Assembly: GCA_900234795.1 (NCBI GenBank)
Contig: LT962688.1
Span: 1,050,001 to 1,082,000, forward strand
Direction of reading: 5' to 3'
Source of the DNA: Methylorubrum extorquens
GTDB lineage: Bacteria > Pseudomonadota > Alphaproteobacteria > Rhizobiales > Beijerinckiaceae
Length of the DNA stretch: 32,000 nt
The position numbers and the translations under genes were made by a program. This document shows, piece after piece, positions 23,381-32,000 of this stretch (position 1 is its first letter; every line of letters begins with the position of its first letter). A model generated the notes under the pieces. That model was not told where the DNA came from. It saw only the letters and a list, made by a program, of their open reading frames with translations, and made no database searches.

Positions 23381-25609
23381 ATGATCGCGTGCCGCATCGA
23401 ACCGAAGGGACAGATCGAGCCGGAGGGGGAGGGCGTCTGGCGCTCCACCGGCTCCGATCCGCAATTCCGGCTGACCCATCCCCGCGGCGGACGGCTGTTT
23501 CCGTTCCGGCTCGCGGGGGGCTGGGTGCGCATCCGTGCCGACCTCGAAGGGCTGGGCCACACGAAGCCGGTGCCGCTCCTCTACGTCGATGACGGCTCGG
23601 GCTTTCGCGAGGACGAGGCGGTCCGGCTCGAATTACGGGAGGACGGGGGGATCGACGACCTCGTCCGCCTGCCGCGCCGGGTGCGGGGCCTGCGGCTCGA
23701 TCCGCTCGCCGCGAGCGGGCGGTTCCGCCTCTCGCGGGCGACCCTCGAACCGCTGCGCGGCCCCGCCGCCGCACTCGCCGTTGCCCACCGGTTGCTAGCG
23801 CGGCTGCCGGAGGAGGAGAGGGGGGGCGGGGCGCTGCTCGGGCGCCTCGCGCGCCTCGCCGTCAGCCGCCCGCCTGCCGCCCTGTGGCAGGCGTTCTGGG
23901 ACAGTGCCCGGCCGCGCCCGGCGGCGGCCTCCTACGCCGCCTGGATCGAGACGATCGAGCGCCCGGCCCTGCCGAGCCCGGAGGCGATGCGGGCGGCGAT
24001 CGCGGGCTTCCGGGTGCGGCCGCGCATCTCCATCGTCATGCCGGTCTACAACACACCCAAACCCTATCTGGAGGCGGCGCTCGCCAGCATCCGGGCGCAG
24101 GCCTATCCCGATTGGGAGCTGTGCCTCTGCGACGACGCGTCGAGCGCGCCTCATATCGCGCCGATGCTGGACGCGCTGGCGGCGGAGGAGCCGCGGGTGC
24201 GGCTGCATCGGCGATCGAAGAACGGCGGCATCGTCGCGGCGAGCAACGACGCGCTCGCCTTGGCCACCGGCGACTGGCTCACCCTGATCGACCACGACGA
24301 CGCGATCCCGCCGCACGCGTTCTATGCCTTCGTCGCCGCCCTGAACGCGGATCCGCAGATCGATTTCCTCTACTCGGACGAGGACAAGATCACGGTCGGC
24401 GGCGAGCGCTACGAGCCGTTCTTCAAGCCGGACTGGTCGCCCGAGACGCTGGAAGCCTGCATGTACACGGCCCATCTGGCGCTCTACCGGATGGATATCG
24501 TTGCCCGCATCGGCGCCTTCCGGGCGGAATGCGAGGGCGCGCAGGATTACGATTTCGTCCTGCGCTACACCGAGCACGCAGCCTGCGTGCACCACGTGCC
24601 CGAGGTGCTCTACCACTGGCGCGCGATCCCCGGCTCGACCGCCCAGGCCATGGACAACAAGGGCTACGTGGTCGCCGCCGCCGTCCGGGCGCTCGAAGAC
24701 CGGGCGCGGCGCACCGGCGGGCTCGATTCCGTGCGCCCCACGGCCTTCGCCGGCAGCTTCCACCTGCGCCGGCCGCTCGCCGCACGCCCGCTGGTCTCGA
24801 TCGTGATCCCCACCGCCGGGCGCGACAGCGAGGTTCGTGGCCGCACCGTCGATCTCCTGGCCGCCTGCCTCGCCAGCATCCGCGAGCGGACCACCTACGA
24901 GGCGATCGAGATCGTGGCGGTCGATAACGGCGACCTGCGGCCGGCGACGAAAGACGCGCTGGAGCGGTACAATGCCCGCTCCGTCACCTGGGACCAGCCG
25001 GTCTTCAATGTCGCCGCCAAGATGAATCTGGGGGCCCGTGCGGCCACGGGCGAGGTGCTGATCTTCCTCAACGATGACATCGAGATCATCAGCCCCGACT
25101 GGATCGAGGCGATGCTGGCGCTTCTGCAGATCCCCGGCGTCGGCGCGGTCGGCCCCAAACTCCTGTTCGAGACCGGCGAGTTGCAGCATGTCGGCGTCAC
25201 GGTGATCGACGCGACGCCGGACCATCCTCGCCGCTCCTACCCGCGGGAAGACCCCGGCCACTTCTTCTCGACCGCTGGCAACCGCAACTACCTCGCGGTG
25301 ACGGGGGCCTGCGTGATGGTGCGGCGGGCCGAGTTCGAGGCGAGCCGGGGCTTCGACGAGGGATTCGCCGTCAACTACAACGACGTCGATCTCTGCCTGC
25401 GGCTGTGGGAGCGGGGCCTGCGCAGCGTCTACTGCGCGGAGGTCGAGCTCTACCATTACGAGAGCCGCAACCGGGCCCGCACCGTCGCGGCGGACGAGCA
25501 GGCCCGCTTCCGCGCGCGCTGGGCGGAGGCAATCCCGCGCGACCCCTATTACAGCGAGTGGTTCGAGGCGCTGCCGCCGACCTTCGAGCTCGATCCGGCG
25601 CGGTTCTGA
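23381..25609 (+). CDS. Glycosyltransferase with two family-2 (GT-A) domains and an uncharacterised N-terminal region of about 230 aa
   Basis: ORF 23300..25609, with the ATG at 23381 as the likely start. GT2 domain 1 carries ISIVMPVYNTPKPYLEAALASIRAQAYPDWELCLCDDASS and LIDHDD. GT2 domain 2 carries VSIVIPTAGR...VDNG...IFLNDDIEI. The protein is 742 aa. Confidence 0.85.
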   Translation: MIACRIEPKGQIEPEGEGVWRSTGSDPQFRLTHPRGGRLFPFRLAGGWVRIRADLEGLGHTKPVPLLYVDDGSGFREDEAVRLELREDGGIDDLVRLPRRVRGLRLDPLAASGRFRLSRATLEPLRGPAAALAVAHRLLARLPEEERGGGALLGRLARLAVSRPPAALWQAFWDSARPRPAAASYAAWIETIERPALPSPEAMRAAIAGFRVRPRISIVMPVYNTPKPYLEAALASIRAQAYPDWELCLCDDASSAPHIAPMLDALAAEEPRVRLHRRSKNGGIVAASNDALALATGDWLTLIDHDDAIPPHAFYAFVAALNADPQIDFLYSDEDKITVGGERYEPFFKPDWSPETLEACMYTAHLALYRMDIVARIGAFRAECEGAQDYDFVLRYTEHAACVHHVPEVLYHWRAIPGSTAQAMDNKGYVVAAAVRALEDRARRTGGLDSVRPTAFAGSFHLRRPLAARPLVSIVIPTAGRDSEVRGRTVDLLAACLASIRERTTYEAIEIVAVDNGDLRPATKDALERYNARSVTWDQPVFNVAAKMNLGARAATGEVLIFLNDDIEIISPDWIEAMLALLQIPGVGAVGPKLLFETGELQHVGVTVIDATPDHPRRSYPREDPGHFFSTAGNRNYLAVTGACVMVRRAEFEASRGFDEGFAVNYNDVDLCLRLWERGLRSVYCAEVELYHYESRNRARTVAADEQARFRARWAEAIPRDPYYSEWFEALPPTFELDPARF

Positions 25610-25623
25610 CGTCGCGACCGATT

Positions 25624-25642
25624 GGGGGGACGGGCTCCCCCC
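25624..25642. terminator. 7-bp G/C hairpin (gggggga cgggc tcccccc) between convergent stops
   Basis: Read directly. The right arm abuts the reverse-complement stop of the histidine kinase gene (25643). It lies 15 nt after the GT2 stop. Confidence 0.5.
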
Positions 25643-28600
25643 TCACCGCGAGTTGATCATCTCCTTGATCCGCGCGGCCAGCACCTCCATCACGAAGGGC
25701 TTGGTGATGACCTGCATGCCGGGCTCGAGGTGGCCGTTGCCCACCGCCGCGTTCTCGGCGTAGCCGGTGATGAACAGCACCTTCAGGTCCGGCCGCAGGA
25801 CACGGCCCGCATCGGCGACCTGGCGCCCGTTCATGCCGCCGGGAAGCCCGACATCGGTGACCAGAAGGTCGAGGCGCACGTCCGATTGCAGCACCTTGAG
25901 GCCGGCCGGGCCGTCGGCGGCCTCGATCGCGGTGTAGCCGAGATCCTCCAGCACTTCCGTCACCAGCATCCGCACCGTCGGCTCGTCATCGACGATCAGC
26001 ACCGTCTCGCCCTGCTCGGCGCGGGGCGCGGCGGCCAGATCCGGGGCCGCCTCCGGCTCTTCCGCCGCCCCGTAATGGCGCGGCAGGTAGAGGCACATCG
26101 TCGTGCCCTGGCCGACCTCCGAGTAGATCCGCACCTGCCCGCCCGACTGGCGCACGAAGCCGTAGATCATCGACAGGCCGAGGCCCGTGCCCTGGCCGAT
26201 CGGCTTCGTCGTGAAGAACGGGTCGAACGCCTTGGCGATGACGTCCGGGCTCATGCCGGTGCCGGTATCGGTCACGCAGAGCGAGAGGTACTGGCCGGGA
26301 TCGAGGTCGCGCTCCTTGGCGCCGCGGTCGTCGAGCCACTTGTTGGCGGTCTCGATGGTGATGCGCCCGCCATCCGGCATCGCGTCGCGGGCGTTGATGC
26401 AGAGGTTCAGCAGCGCGTTCTCGAGCTGGCTCGGATCGACCAGCACCGACCACAGCCCGCCCGCAGCCACCACTTCGAGGGTGATCGACGGGCCGATGGT
26501 GCGGCGGAGCAGGTCCTCCATGCCCATCACCAGCCGGTTCACGTCGGTGGGCTTCGGGTCCAGGGTCTGGCGCCGCGAGAAGGCAAGCAGGCGGTGGGTC
26601 AGCGCCGCCGCGCGCTTGGCAGCACCCTGCGCGGCGTTGACGTAGCGGTCGATCTCGGTGATCCGCCCCTGCGCGAGGCGGGTCTGCAGCAGTTCGAGCG
26701 AGCCGGTGATGCCGGTGAGCAGATTGTTGAAGTCGTGGGCGAGGCCGCCGGTGAGCTGGCCCACCGCCTCCATCTTCTGGCTCTGGCGCAGGGCCTCCTC
26801 GGTCCGCATCAGCTCGGCGGTGCGGGCCGCGACCTGCTGCTCCAGGCTCGCGTTGAACGCCTCCAACTGCGCCTTGGCACGCAGCTCGCCCTCGATGTTG
26901 CGCGCCTCGATCACCGTGCCGATCGGCGTGCCGCCCTCGTCGCGGATCGGACTCGCGGTGAAGGCGACGGGGTAGAACGAGCCGTCGCGGTGGACGAAGA
27001 TCTCCTGGCCCTGCTCCTGGTTGTTCTCGGGGAAGGCCTGATCGATCGGGCATTCGTGGAGCGGGTAGGGGCTGCCGTCCGGCCGGGTATGGTGGACGAC
27101 GTCGTGCAGCGCCTTGCCGTGCGTCTCGTCGAGGCTGTAGCCGGTCAGCCGCTCGGCGGCGCGGTTCATGTAGGCGCAGTGCTGGCGCTCATCCATCATG
27201 AAGATCGCCTGCGTCGCGTTGTCGAGCACCGCGTCGAGGCGGCGGGTGGCCTCGACGAGACGCTCCTCGGTCGCCTTCCGCGCGGTGATGTCGATGGCGC
27301 TGCCGACGCCGCGCAGGCAGCGGCCCTCCGCATCGAACACGCCGCGCCCCTTGGCCGCGACCCAGCGGACCGTGCCGTCGGCGCGGCCGATCGCGCGGAA
27401 CTCCTCGTCGTAGAAGGCCCGGGCCACGGGATCGAGCGCGGCGGCGAAGGCGGCGGTGACCCGCGCCCGGTCGTCCGGGTGGAGGCCGTCGGCGAAGTCG
27501 TCGAGGGTCACGTCCGCATCGGGCGCCAGCCCGAACATCGCCTTGATCCGCGGCGGCCAGAACAGGGTGCCGGCCCGCGGATCGAAATCCCACAGGCCGA
27601 TCTCGCCGCTCTCGACGGCGAGCCGCAGGCGCTCCTCGCTTTCGGCGAGCGCGAGCTCGGCAGCGCGGCGCTCCTCGATGTCGACCACCGAGCCGATATA
27701 GCCGAGGAAGCTCCCGTCGGCGGCAAAGCGCGGGCTCGCGGTGTCGATCGCCCACCGGTAGACGCCGTCGCGGCGGCGCAGGCGGTAATCGAGGCTGAAG
27801 CCCTCGTGCCGGGCATTCGCCAGCAGGAAGGTCTCGCCCGACCAGCCGCGATCATCCGGATGCACCGCCTCGAGCCAGCCGAGGCCGAGGGCCTGCGCCT
27901 CGTTTTGGCCGGTGAAGTCGTACCAGCGCCGGTTGAGATACTGGCAGGCGCCGTCCGGGCCGGTCACCCACATCATCACCGGCGCGTCGTCCGCCATGGT
28001 GCGGAAGCGCGCCTCGCTCTCGGCCAAAGCCGCGTTGCCAGTGATCCGCTCGGTCACGTCCGAGCCGTCGACGAACACGCCGGTGATCGTCCCGGCCGCG
28101 TCCCGCATGGGCTGGTAGACGAAATCGAGGAAGCGCCGCTCCGGCACGCCGCCGGGCACGCGCAGGATCGTCACCGGTGCGCCGTGCGCCGTGTGGGTGC
28201 GGCCGGTGGAGAACACCTCGTCGAGCAGCTCGAAGAAGCCCTGGCCCTCGATTTCCGGCAGAGCCTCCCGCACGGGCCGACCGAGAACGTCGCGATGGGC
28301 GATGAGTTGGCGATAGGCGGCGTTGGCGAAGGCGAAGGCGTGGTCGGGCCCGTCGAGCACCGCGACGAAGCTCGGCGATTGCTCGAACAGCCGCGCGAAG
28401 CGCTCGCGCTCGGCATGCATCTGCCGGCCCGCCCGCACCGAGGCTGTGGTCTCCGAGCAGGCGCAGAACATGCCCGCGACCGTGCCGTCCTCGATCCGCA
28501 CCGGCGTATAACCGAAAGCGAAGTGGGTCTCCTCCGGATAGCCGTTGCGATGCATCGTGAGGGCGATGTCGTCCATATGCGTGGCCTCGCCCGCATAGGC

Positions 28601-28903
28601 CCGCGACAGGATCGGCCCCACCTGGTCCCAGATGTCGTGCCAGACCTCGTCGAAGGACTGGCCCAGCGCGCGCGGATGGCGGGCGCCGCACATCGGTGCG
28701 TAGCCGTCATTGTAGAGGGTGACGTGCGCCTCGCCCCAGACGATCAGCATGGGCTGCTGCGAGCCGAGCATCACGCCGACCAGGGTCTTGAGCGCCGCCG
28801 GCCACGCCTCCGGGCTCCCGAGCGGCGTCGCCGCCCAATCGATCCCGCGGATCAGCGCGCCGGCCTCGCCGCCGCCATCGAGGAAGAAGGGCCCGTCGCT
28901 CAC
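25643..28903 (-). CDS. Hybrid sensor histidine kinase / response regulator with about five PAS domains
   Basis: ORF 25643..28921 begins with TTG. I prefer the GTG at 28903, which has GGAGG 8 nt upstream. The H-box is [14 protein letters not shown], with the His codon at 26737..26735. The HATPase domain carries DTGTGM and [11 protein letters not shown]. The C-terminal REC carries VLIVDDEP and [14 protein letters not shown], with the Asp codon at 25855..25853, then KPF. Repeated PAS-like blocks lie upstream. Confidence 0.9.
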   Translation of the reverse strand: MSDGPFFLDGGGEAGALIRGIDWAATPLGSPEAWPAALKTLVGVMLGSQQPMLIVWGEAHVTLYNDGYAPMCGARHPRALGQSFDEVWHDIWDQVGPILSRAYAGEATHMDDIALTMHRNGYPEETHFAFGYTPVRIEDGTVAGMFCACSETTASVRAGRQMHAERERFARLFEQSPSFVAVLDGPDHAFAFANAAYRQLIAHRDVLGRPVREALPEIEGQGFFELLDEVFSTGRTHTAHGAPVTILRVPGGVPERRFLDFVYQPMRDAAGTITGVFVDGSDVTERITGNAALAESEARFRTMADDAPVMMWVTGPDGACQYLNRRWYDFTGQNEAQALGLGWLEAVHPDDRGWSGETFLLANARHEGFSLDYRLRRRDGVYRWAIDTASPRFAADGSFLGYIGSVVDIEERRAAELALAESEERLRLAVESGEIGLWDFDPRAGTLFWPPRIKAMFGLAPDADVTLDDFADGLHPDDRARVTAAFAAALDPVARAFYDEEFRAIGRADGTVRWVAAKGRGVFDAEGRCLRGVGSAIDITARKATEERLVEATRRLDAVLDNATQAIFMMDERQHCAYMNRAAERLTGYSLDETHGKALHDVVHHTRPDGSPYPLHECPIDQAFPENNQEQGQEIFVHRDGSFYPVAFTASPIRDEGGTPIGTVIEARNIEGELRAKAQLEAFNASLEQQVAARTAELMRTEEALRQSQKMEAVGQLTGGLAHDFNNLLTGITGSLELLQTRLAQGRITEIDRYVNAAQGAAKRAAALTHRLLAFSRRQTLDPKPTDVNRLVMGMEDLLRRTIGPSITLEVVAAGGLWSVLVDPSQLENALLNLCINARDAMPDGGRITIETANKWLDDRGAKERDLDPGQYLSLCVTDTGTGMSPDVIAKAFDPFFTTKPIGQGTGLGLSMIYGFVRQSGGQVRIYSEVGQGTTMCLYLPRHYGAAEEPEAAPDLAAAPRAEQGETVLIVDDEPTVRMLVTEVLEDLGYTAIEAADGPAGLKVLQSDVRLDLLVTDVGLPGGMNGRQVADAGRVLRPDLKVLFITGYAENAAVGNGHLEPGMQVITKPFVMEVLAARIKEMINSR

Positions 28904-29327
28904 GCGGTGCGCCTCCGGCACGACGGATGCCGTCCGCCGGAACGCGGAAGGGATCGGAGGACGGGCGAAGGGAGAGATCTCGGGCGGGCGTGCAGGGGCA
29001 AGGAATAGGGCAAGGGAAAAGCGGGACCGTATGCTCGACAGCGTTCAACGCGGGAACCAGCCAGCCGTGCCATCGCTGGGTGCAGGAAGCTGAAACGAGA
29101 ACCTCCCGGACCCATGCCATGGCGCGAACCGGCGGCGATGCCAAGGCAGCCGGCCGAGAAGTTCGATCGACCCGTTGCTCGTGTCGGTTCGCTCCGACGG
29201 CTTTGAGGACGCATGCGCGGTTGCAAGCACCTTGCGCGGGCGCACCGGCCGCGTCAGCATCCGGGGCAGGCAAGAGCCCTCGACCAGGCTTCCTGCAACC
29301 CGGCATGACGCCTAAGGAAAGCCTTTC

Positions 29328-29924
29328 GTGGACGCGCTGCCCTCCTTCTACGACGACCTCGACGGCTTCCGCGCCGAGGGCTGGCGCCGCCTCGCCGACG
29401 GCGTGGGACACCGGCACAGCCCGTTCCACACGCCGTCTCTCGCGACCGTCGATGCGGCGGGCCGTCCGCGGCTGCGCACCGTGGTCCTGCGCGCGGCGGA
29501 GGCCGGGGCGGGCGCCTTGCGCTTCCACTGCGACCAGCGCTCGGACAAGGCGCGGGAGATCGCCGAGAACGGGCTGGCCGCCCTCCACGTCTACGACGGC
29601 CGAGCCAAGCTCCAGCTCCGCGTCGAGGGGCGGGCACGCCTGCACCACGACGACGCGCTCGCCGACGCCGCCTGGGCCGCCGCGCTAACCATGAGCCGGG
29701 TCTGCTACGGGGTCGAACCCGCCCCCGGCACCGCGCTCGCCGCGGGCGACGCCTACGCCATGCCCGACGAGGACCCGGACGCGCGCATCGGCCGCGAGAA
29801 CTTTTGTGCGGTGGTGTTCACAGCCGAGCGCCTGGACCTGCTCTTCCTCGACCGGCGCGGGCACCGGCGGGCGGTTTTTTCCCGGGAGGGCGCGGGCTGG
29901 ATGGGGACGTGGGTGGCGCCTTAG
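29328..29924 (+). CDS. Pyridoxamine 5'-phosphate oxidase-like FMN-binding family protein
   Basis: A GTG start at 29328 is preceded by AAGGAAAG. The sequence is HSPFHTPSLATVDAAGRPRLRTVVLRAAEAGAGALRFHCDQRSDKAREI...LQLRVEGRARL, which resembles the Pyridox_oxase_2-type split-barrel family from memory. The protein is 198 aa. Confidence 0.7.
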   Translation: MDALPSFYDDLDGFRAEGWRRLADGVGHRHSPFHTPSLATVDAAGRPRLRTVVLRAAEAGAGALRFHCDQRSDKAREIAENGLAALHVYDGRAKLQLRVEGRARLHHDDALADAAWAAALTMSRVCYGVEPAPGTALAAGDAYAMPDEDPDARIGRENFCAVVFTAERLDLLFLDRRGHRRAVFSREGAGWMGTWVAP

Positions 29925-29950
29925 GGTCCCAATCCTGTCAGATTGATCCT

Positions 29951-29984
29951 GCGAGGGGCCGCTTTCGACCCTTTGCGGCCCCTC
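29951..29984. terminator. Perfect 11-bp stem hairpin (cgaggggccgc / gcggcccctcg, 12-nt loop) after the PNPOx-like gene
   Basis: Read directly, 27 nt downstream of the stop at 29924. There is no U-tract. The flanking genes are convergent. Confidence 0.5.
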
Positions 29985-30122
29985 GGAAGGTCCGCTCCGC
30001 GGCTGCTTGGTGGAGGATGACCTACGTCCGGGTTGGGTGGACAGCAGAAAGGCTGCTTGGGAGTGGATGATGCTCTAAGCGGAAGCTGCCTCCAACAGCT
30101 CGCACGGGCTTTGCGGAACAAG

Positions 30123-31604
30123 CTACGACAGAGGCAACCCGAATAGGGTAGCGAGACGTCTGACCGCTTCGCGCAATTGCTGGGGTGGGAAGCCGCCAAA
30201 GCCGAGCATCAGTCCCGGACGTCCGGGTGGCGCGGCGTACATCGGCGAGATCGGACGCATTGCCAAGCCGATAGCCTGCGCCTGAGCAGCAATCTGACCA
30301 TCGTCAGCCCCCTCCGGCAGCCACAGCACGATGTGCATGCCCTGGTCGCTCGGCTGGATGGACCAACCCTCCGGCAGAGCCGGAATGAGCGCTTCCAGCA
30401 GCACGGCCCGGCGCTCGGCGTAGAGGCCGCGGATGCGCCGGACATGGGCCTCGAATGAACCGTCCTGCATGTAGGCCGCCAGCACGTGCTGATCGGCGGT
30501 GGGGGAGTGCCGGTCGAGCATCGCTCGGGCACCGGCGAACGCATCGACCAGCGGTGTCGGCGCGATGACGTAGCCAAGCCGCAGGGAAGGAAACAGCACC
30601 TTGCTGAATGTGCCGAGATAGATGACCCGCGCTAGGCTAAGCCCCTGGATGGCCGGGAAGGGATGCCCCGCATAGCGAAGCTCGCTGTCGTAATCGTCCT
30701 CCACGATCCAGGCCTGGTTCCGCTCCGCCCACGCAACGAGGGCTTGGCGCCGGGCCATGCTCAGGGGCATCCCGATCGGGTATTGATGCGAGGGCGTGAC
30801 GAAGGCGGCGCGCGCCGTCGGGTAGATTGCCAGGCCGCGTTGGACGTCGAGGCCTTGCTCATCCACTGGCAGGTGGTGCGTGAGGACGCCGAGGTCTTCA
30901 AGCACGGCTCTCAAGCCCGGATAGGCCGGGTCTTCCGCCCAGACCGCATCAGCGCGCGACAGCAGCACCCGACCGGCCATGTAGAGGCCCTGCTGGGTGC
31001 CGGACGTAACGATGACGTTCTCCATCTCGCACCGAACCGCGCGTGCGCGCCGCACGTGATCGGCGATCGCCGCTCGCAAAGCGGGCAGTCCGTACGGATC
31101 GGCGTAGCTCGCCGGTGCGGCGCGACTGGAAGCCCGGACACGATTGCCAAGCTTTCGCCACGTGTCGTCGGGGGCAATGCCGGCAGCTGGTACGGCGACC
31201 GCGAAGGGAACCTGGGGCTGTGAAGCGACGGCACGCGCGAAGGCGGCCAGCCGTTCCGCCGCTGGCGGCAAGACCGGGTCTGGGAAATCCGGGTGCAGCC
31301 TCGATACGGGCGGCGTGACCAGCGGCTCGTTGCTGAGCGTCAATGCCACGCGCGTCCCAGCACCGACGCGCGCGTCGAGGTAGCCTTCCGCCCTGAGCTG
31401 GTCGAACGCCTCGACCACCAACCCTCTGGCAACCCCCAGCGAGGCAGCTAGCGTGCGTGTCGATGGCAGGCGCTCTCCGGGCTTCAGTTCGCCGGTCGCC
31501 ACGGCATCGCGCAGGCGCTGCGCAAGCTGGCGGCCAGCCTGTCCATCACGCCGGTCGAAGGCCTTCAGGGAAGGAATCGCGATGGTCGCGCGCTGCTTCG
31601 GCAT
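30123..31604 (-). CDS. MocR/PdxR-family regulator (GntR wHTH fused to a PLP-dependent aminotransferase-like domain)
   Basis: 493 aa. The N-terminal GntR HTH is GERLPSTRTLAASLGVARGLVVEAFDQLRAEGYLDARVGAGTRV. A fold-type-I aminotransferase-like domain follows (IYLGTFSKVLFPSLRLGYVIAP, a likely PLP-Lys region). Confidence 0.9.
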   Translation of the reverse strand: MPKQRATIAIPSLKAFDRRDGQAGRQLAQRLRDAVATGELKPGERLPSTRTLAASLGVARGLVVEAFDQLRAEGYLDARVGAGTRVALTLSNEPLVTPPVSRLHPDFPDPVLPPAAERLAAFARAVASQPQVPFAVAVPAAGIAPDDTWRKLGNRVRASSRAAPASYADPYGLPALRAAIADHVRRARAVRCEMENVIVTSGTQQGLYMAGRVLLSRADAVWAEDPAYPGLRAVLEDLGVLTHHLPVDEQGLDVQRGLAIYPTARAAFVTPSHQYPIGMPLSMARRQALVAWAERNQAWIVEDDYDSELRYAGHPFPAIQGLSLARVIYLGTFSKVLFPSLRLGYVIAPTPLVDAFAGARAMLDRHSPTADQHVLAAYMQDGSFEAHVRRIRGLYAERRAVLLEALIPALPEGWSIQPSDQGMHIVLWLPEGADDGQIAAQAQAIGLAMRPISPMYAAPPGRPGLMLGFGGFPPQQLREAVRRLATLFGLPLS

Positions 31605-31607
31605 CGC

Positions 31608-31655
31608 AATGGACTACTCGAAAACACGGATAATGGCACTTCAAGCCAGACCATT
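31608..31655. promoter_or_regulatory. Candidate MocR operator: AATGGAC (31608..31614), AATGGCA (31632..31638) and inverted GACCATT (31649..31655)
   Basis: Read directly in the 89-nt divergent MocR/GNAT intergenic region. There are two direct copies 24 bp apart plus one inverted copy. MocR-family regulators characteristically bind combinations of direct and inverted short repeats. Confidence 0.3.
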
Positions 31656-31693
31656 TTGAGACGAGGGTGAGGTGTTCGCAGGGACTGAAAGTC

Positions 31694-32000
31694 ATGGATC
31701 GACAGAACTGGACCGGCGCCCCGAAGCCCAGACATTGCCTACTGGAGGGACGCTACACGCGTCTCGATCCGCTCAGCCCCGCGCGACACGGTCAGGCGCT
31801 CCTTCAATCGGCGCTCCGACCAGGCGCCGAAGATCGCTTCCGCTACCTGTTCGATGAACCCCCGGTGGATCAGCTCAGCTTTGCCGCCTGGTTGGAGACG
31901 GCATCGACATCGCACGACCCCCTGTTCTTCGCCGTCATCGATCGAGCGACGGGACGAGCCGAAGGGCGCCAAGCCCTGATGCGCCTCGATCCGATCCACG
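31694..32000 (+). CDS. GNAT-family N-acetyltransferase (Acetyltransf_3/RimJ-like), 5' part only; runs off the window
   Basis: Not in the ORF track because there is no stop in the window. My own translation from the ATG at 31694 is MDRQNWTGAPKPRHCLLEGRYTRLDPLSPARHGQALLQSALRPGAEDRFRYLFDEPPVDQLSFAAWLETASTSHDPLFFAVIDRATGRAEGRQALMRLDPIH. This N-terminal pattern matches my memory of RimJ/RimL-like GNATs. Confidence 0.55.
   Translation, partial: MDRQNWTGAPKPRHCLLEGRYTRLDPLSPARHGQALLQSALRPGAEDRFRYLFDEPPVDQLSFAAWLETASTSHDPLFFAVIDRATGRAEGRQALMRLDPIH

Noticed and set aside
23795-29008. Antisense ORFs 23795..25456 (-, 553 aa) and 25622..29008 (+, 1128 aa) opposite the GT2 and histidine-kinase genes
   Set aside because: They have no motifs and a biased Arg/Gly/Asp/Ala composition. 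The sense-strand genes have clear catalytic motifs (DxD; H-box, G-boxes and the REC Asp).
29053-29078. Near-match to the EcfG promoter (GGAAC-N16-CGCT) upstream of the PNPOx-like gene
   Set aside because: The -10 element deviates from CGTT, and the site lies about 250 nt from the start codon. It is too weak to call without data.
1-32000. Search for a defence island, prophage, integrative element or secretion or toxin system, as prompted by the task
   Set aside because: No integrase, transposase, recombinase, nuclease/helicase/ATPase defence-type genes, phage structural genes or tRNA attachment site were found. The gene content is housekeeping and stress-related. Only the last 2 kb shows a mild compositional deviation.

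Overview
This is 32 kb of very GC-rich (about 70% by eye) chromosomal DNA, densely coding on both strands. Gene content, the alphaproteobacterial EcfG-type promoter and the intergenic palindromes suggest a Hyphomicrobiales/Methylobacterium-like organism (inference only). I support about 27 protein genes. In window order they are: a DsbD/ScsB-like disulfide reductase; wrbA with a divergent LysR regulator; a DUF1013/TrcR-like regulator; a hypothetical protein; an MFS transporter; a small secreted protein; an oppA-oppB-oppC-like peptide ABC importer with no ATPase genes; a GlcG-like plus OsmC pair; a RibD_C-like reductase; an alpha/beta hydrolase; an ABC-F ATPase; a frameshifted acyl-CoA dehydrogenase; mutL; a hypothetical protein; hsp20; pcm; a cupin; a two-domain GT2 glycosyltransferase; a multi-PAS hybrid histidine kinase; a PNPOx-like protein; a MocR/PdxR-like regulator; and a partial GNAT. 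Many ORF-track entries are long Arg/Gly/Pro/Ala-rich shadow ORFs typical of high-GC DNA, and I rejected them. I see no rRNA, tRNA, CRISPR array, transposase, integrase or recognisable defence, toxin-antitoxin or phage module. I cannot honestly point to a new multi-gene system here; the window reads as core chromosome. The observations most worth a second look are: (1) an acyl-CoA dehydrogenase split by one extra G in a G5 run; (2) an exact EcfG-type general-stress promoter followed by a ROSE-like structured leader in front of hsp20; (3) an unlisted 53-codon proline-rich ORF abutting pcm; (4) a perfect 16-bp palindrome plus repeated half-sites in the wrbA/LysR intergenic region; (5) stacked palindromic intergenic repeats, including a 29-nt segment shared in inverted orientation by two loci; and (6) a MocR-GNAT module with weaker GC3 at the window edge. 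All calls come from reading the sequence and from remembered family motifs. No searches or computations were run.
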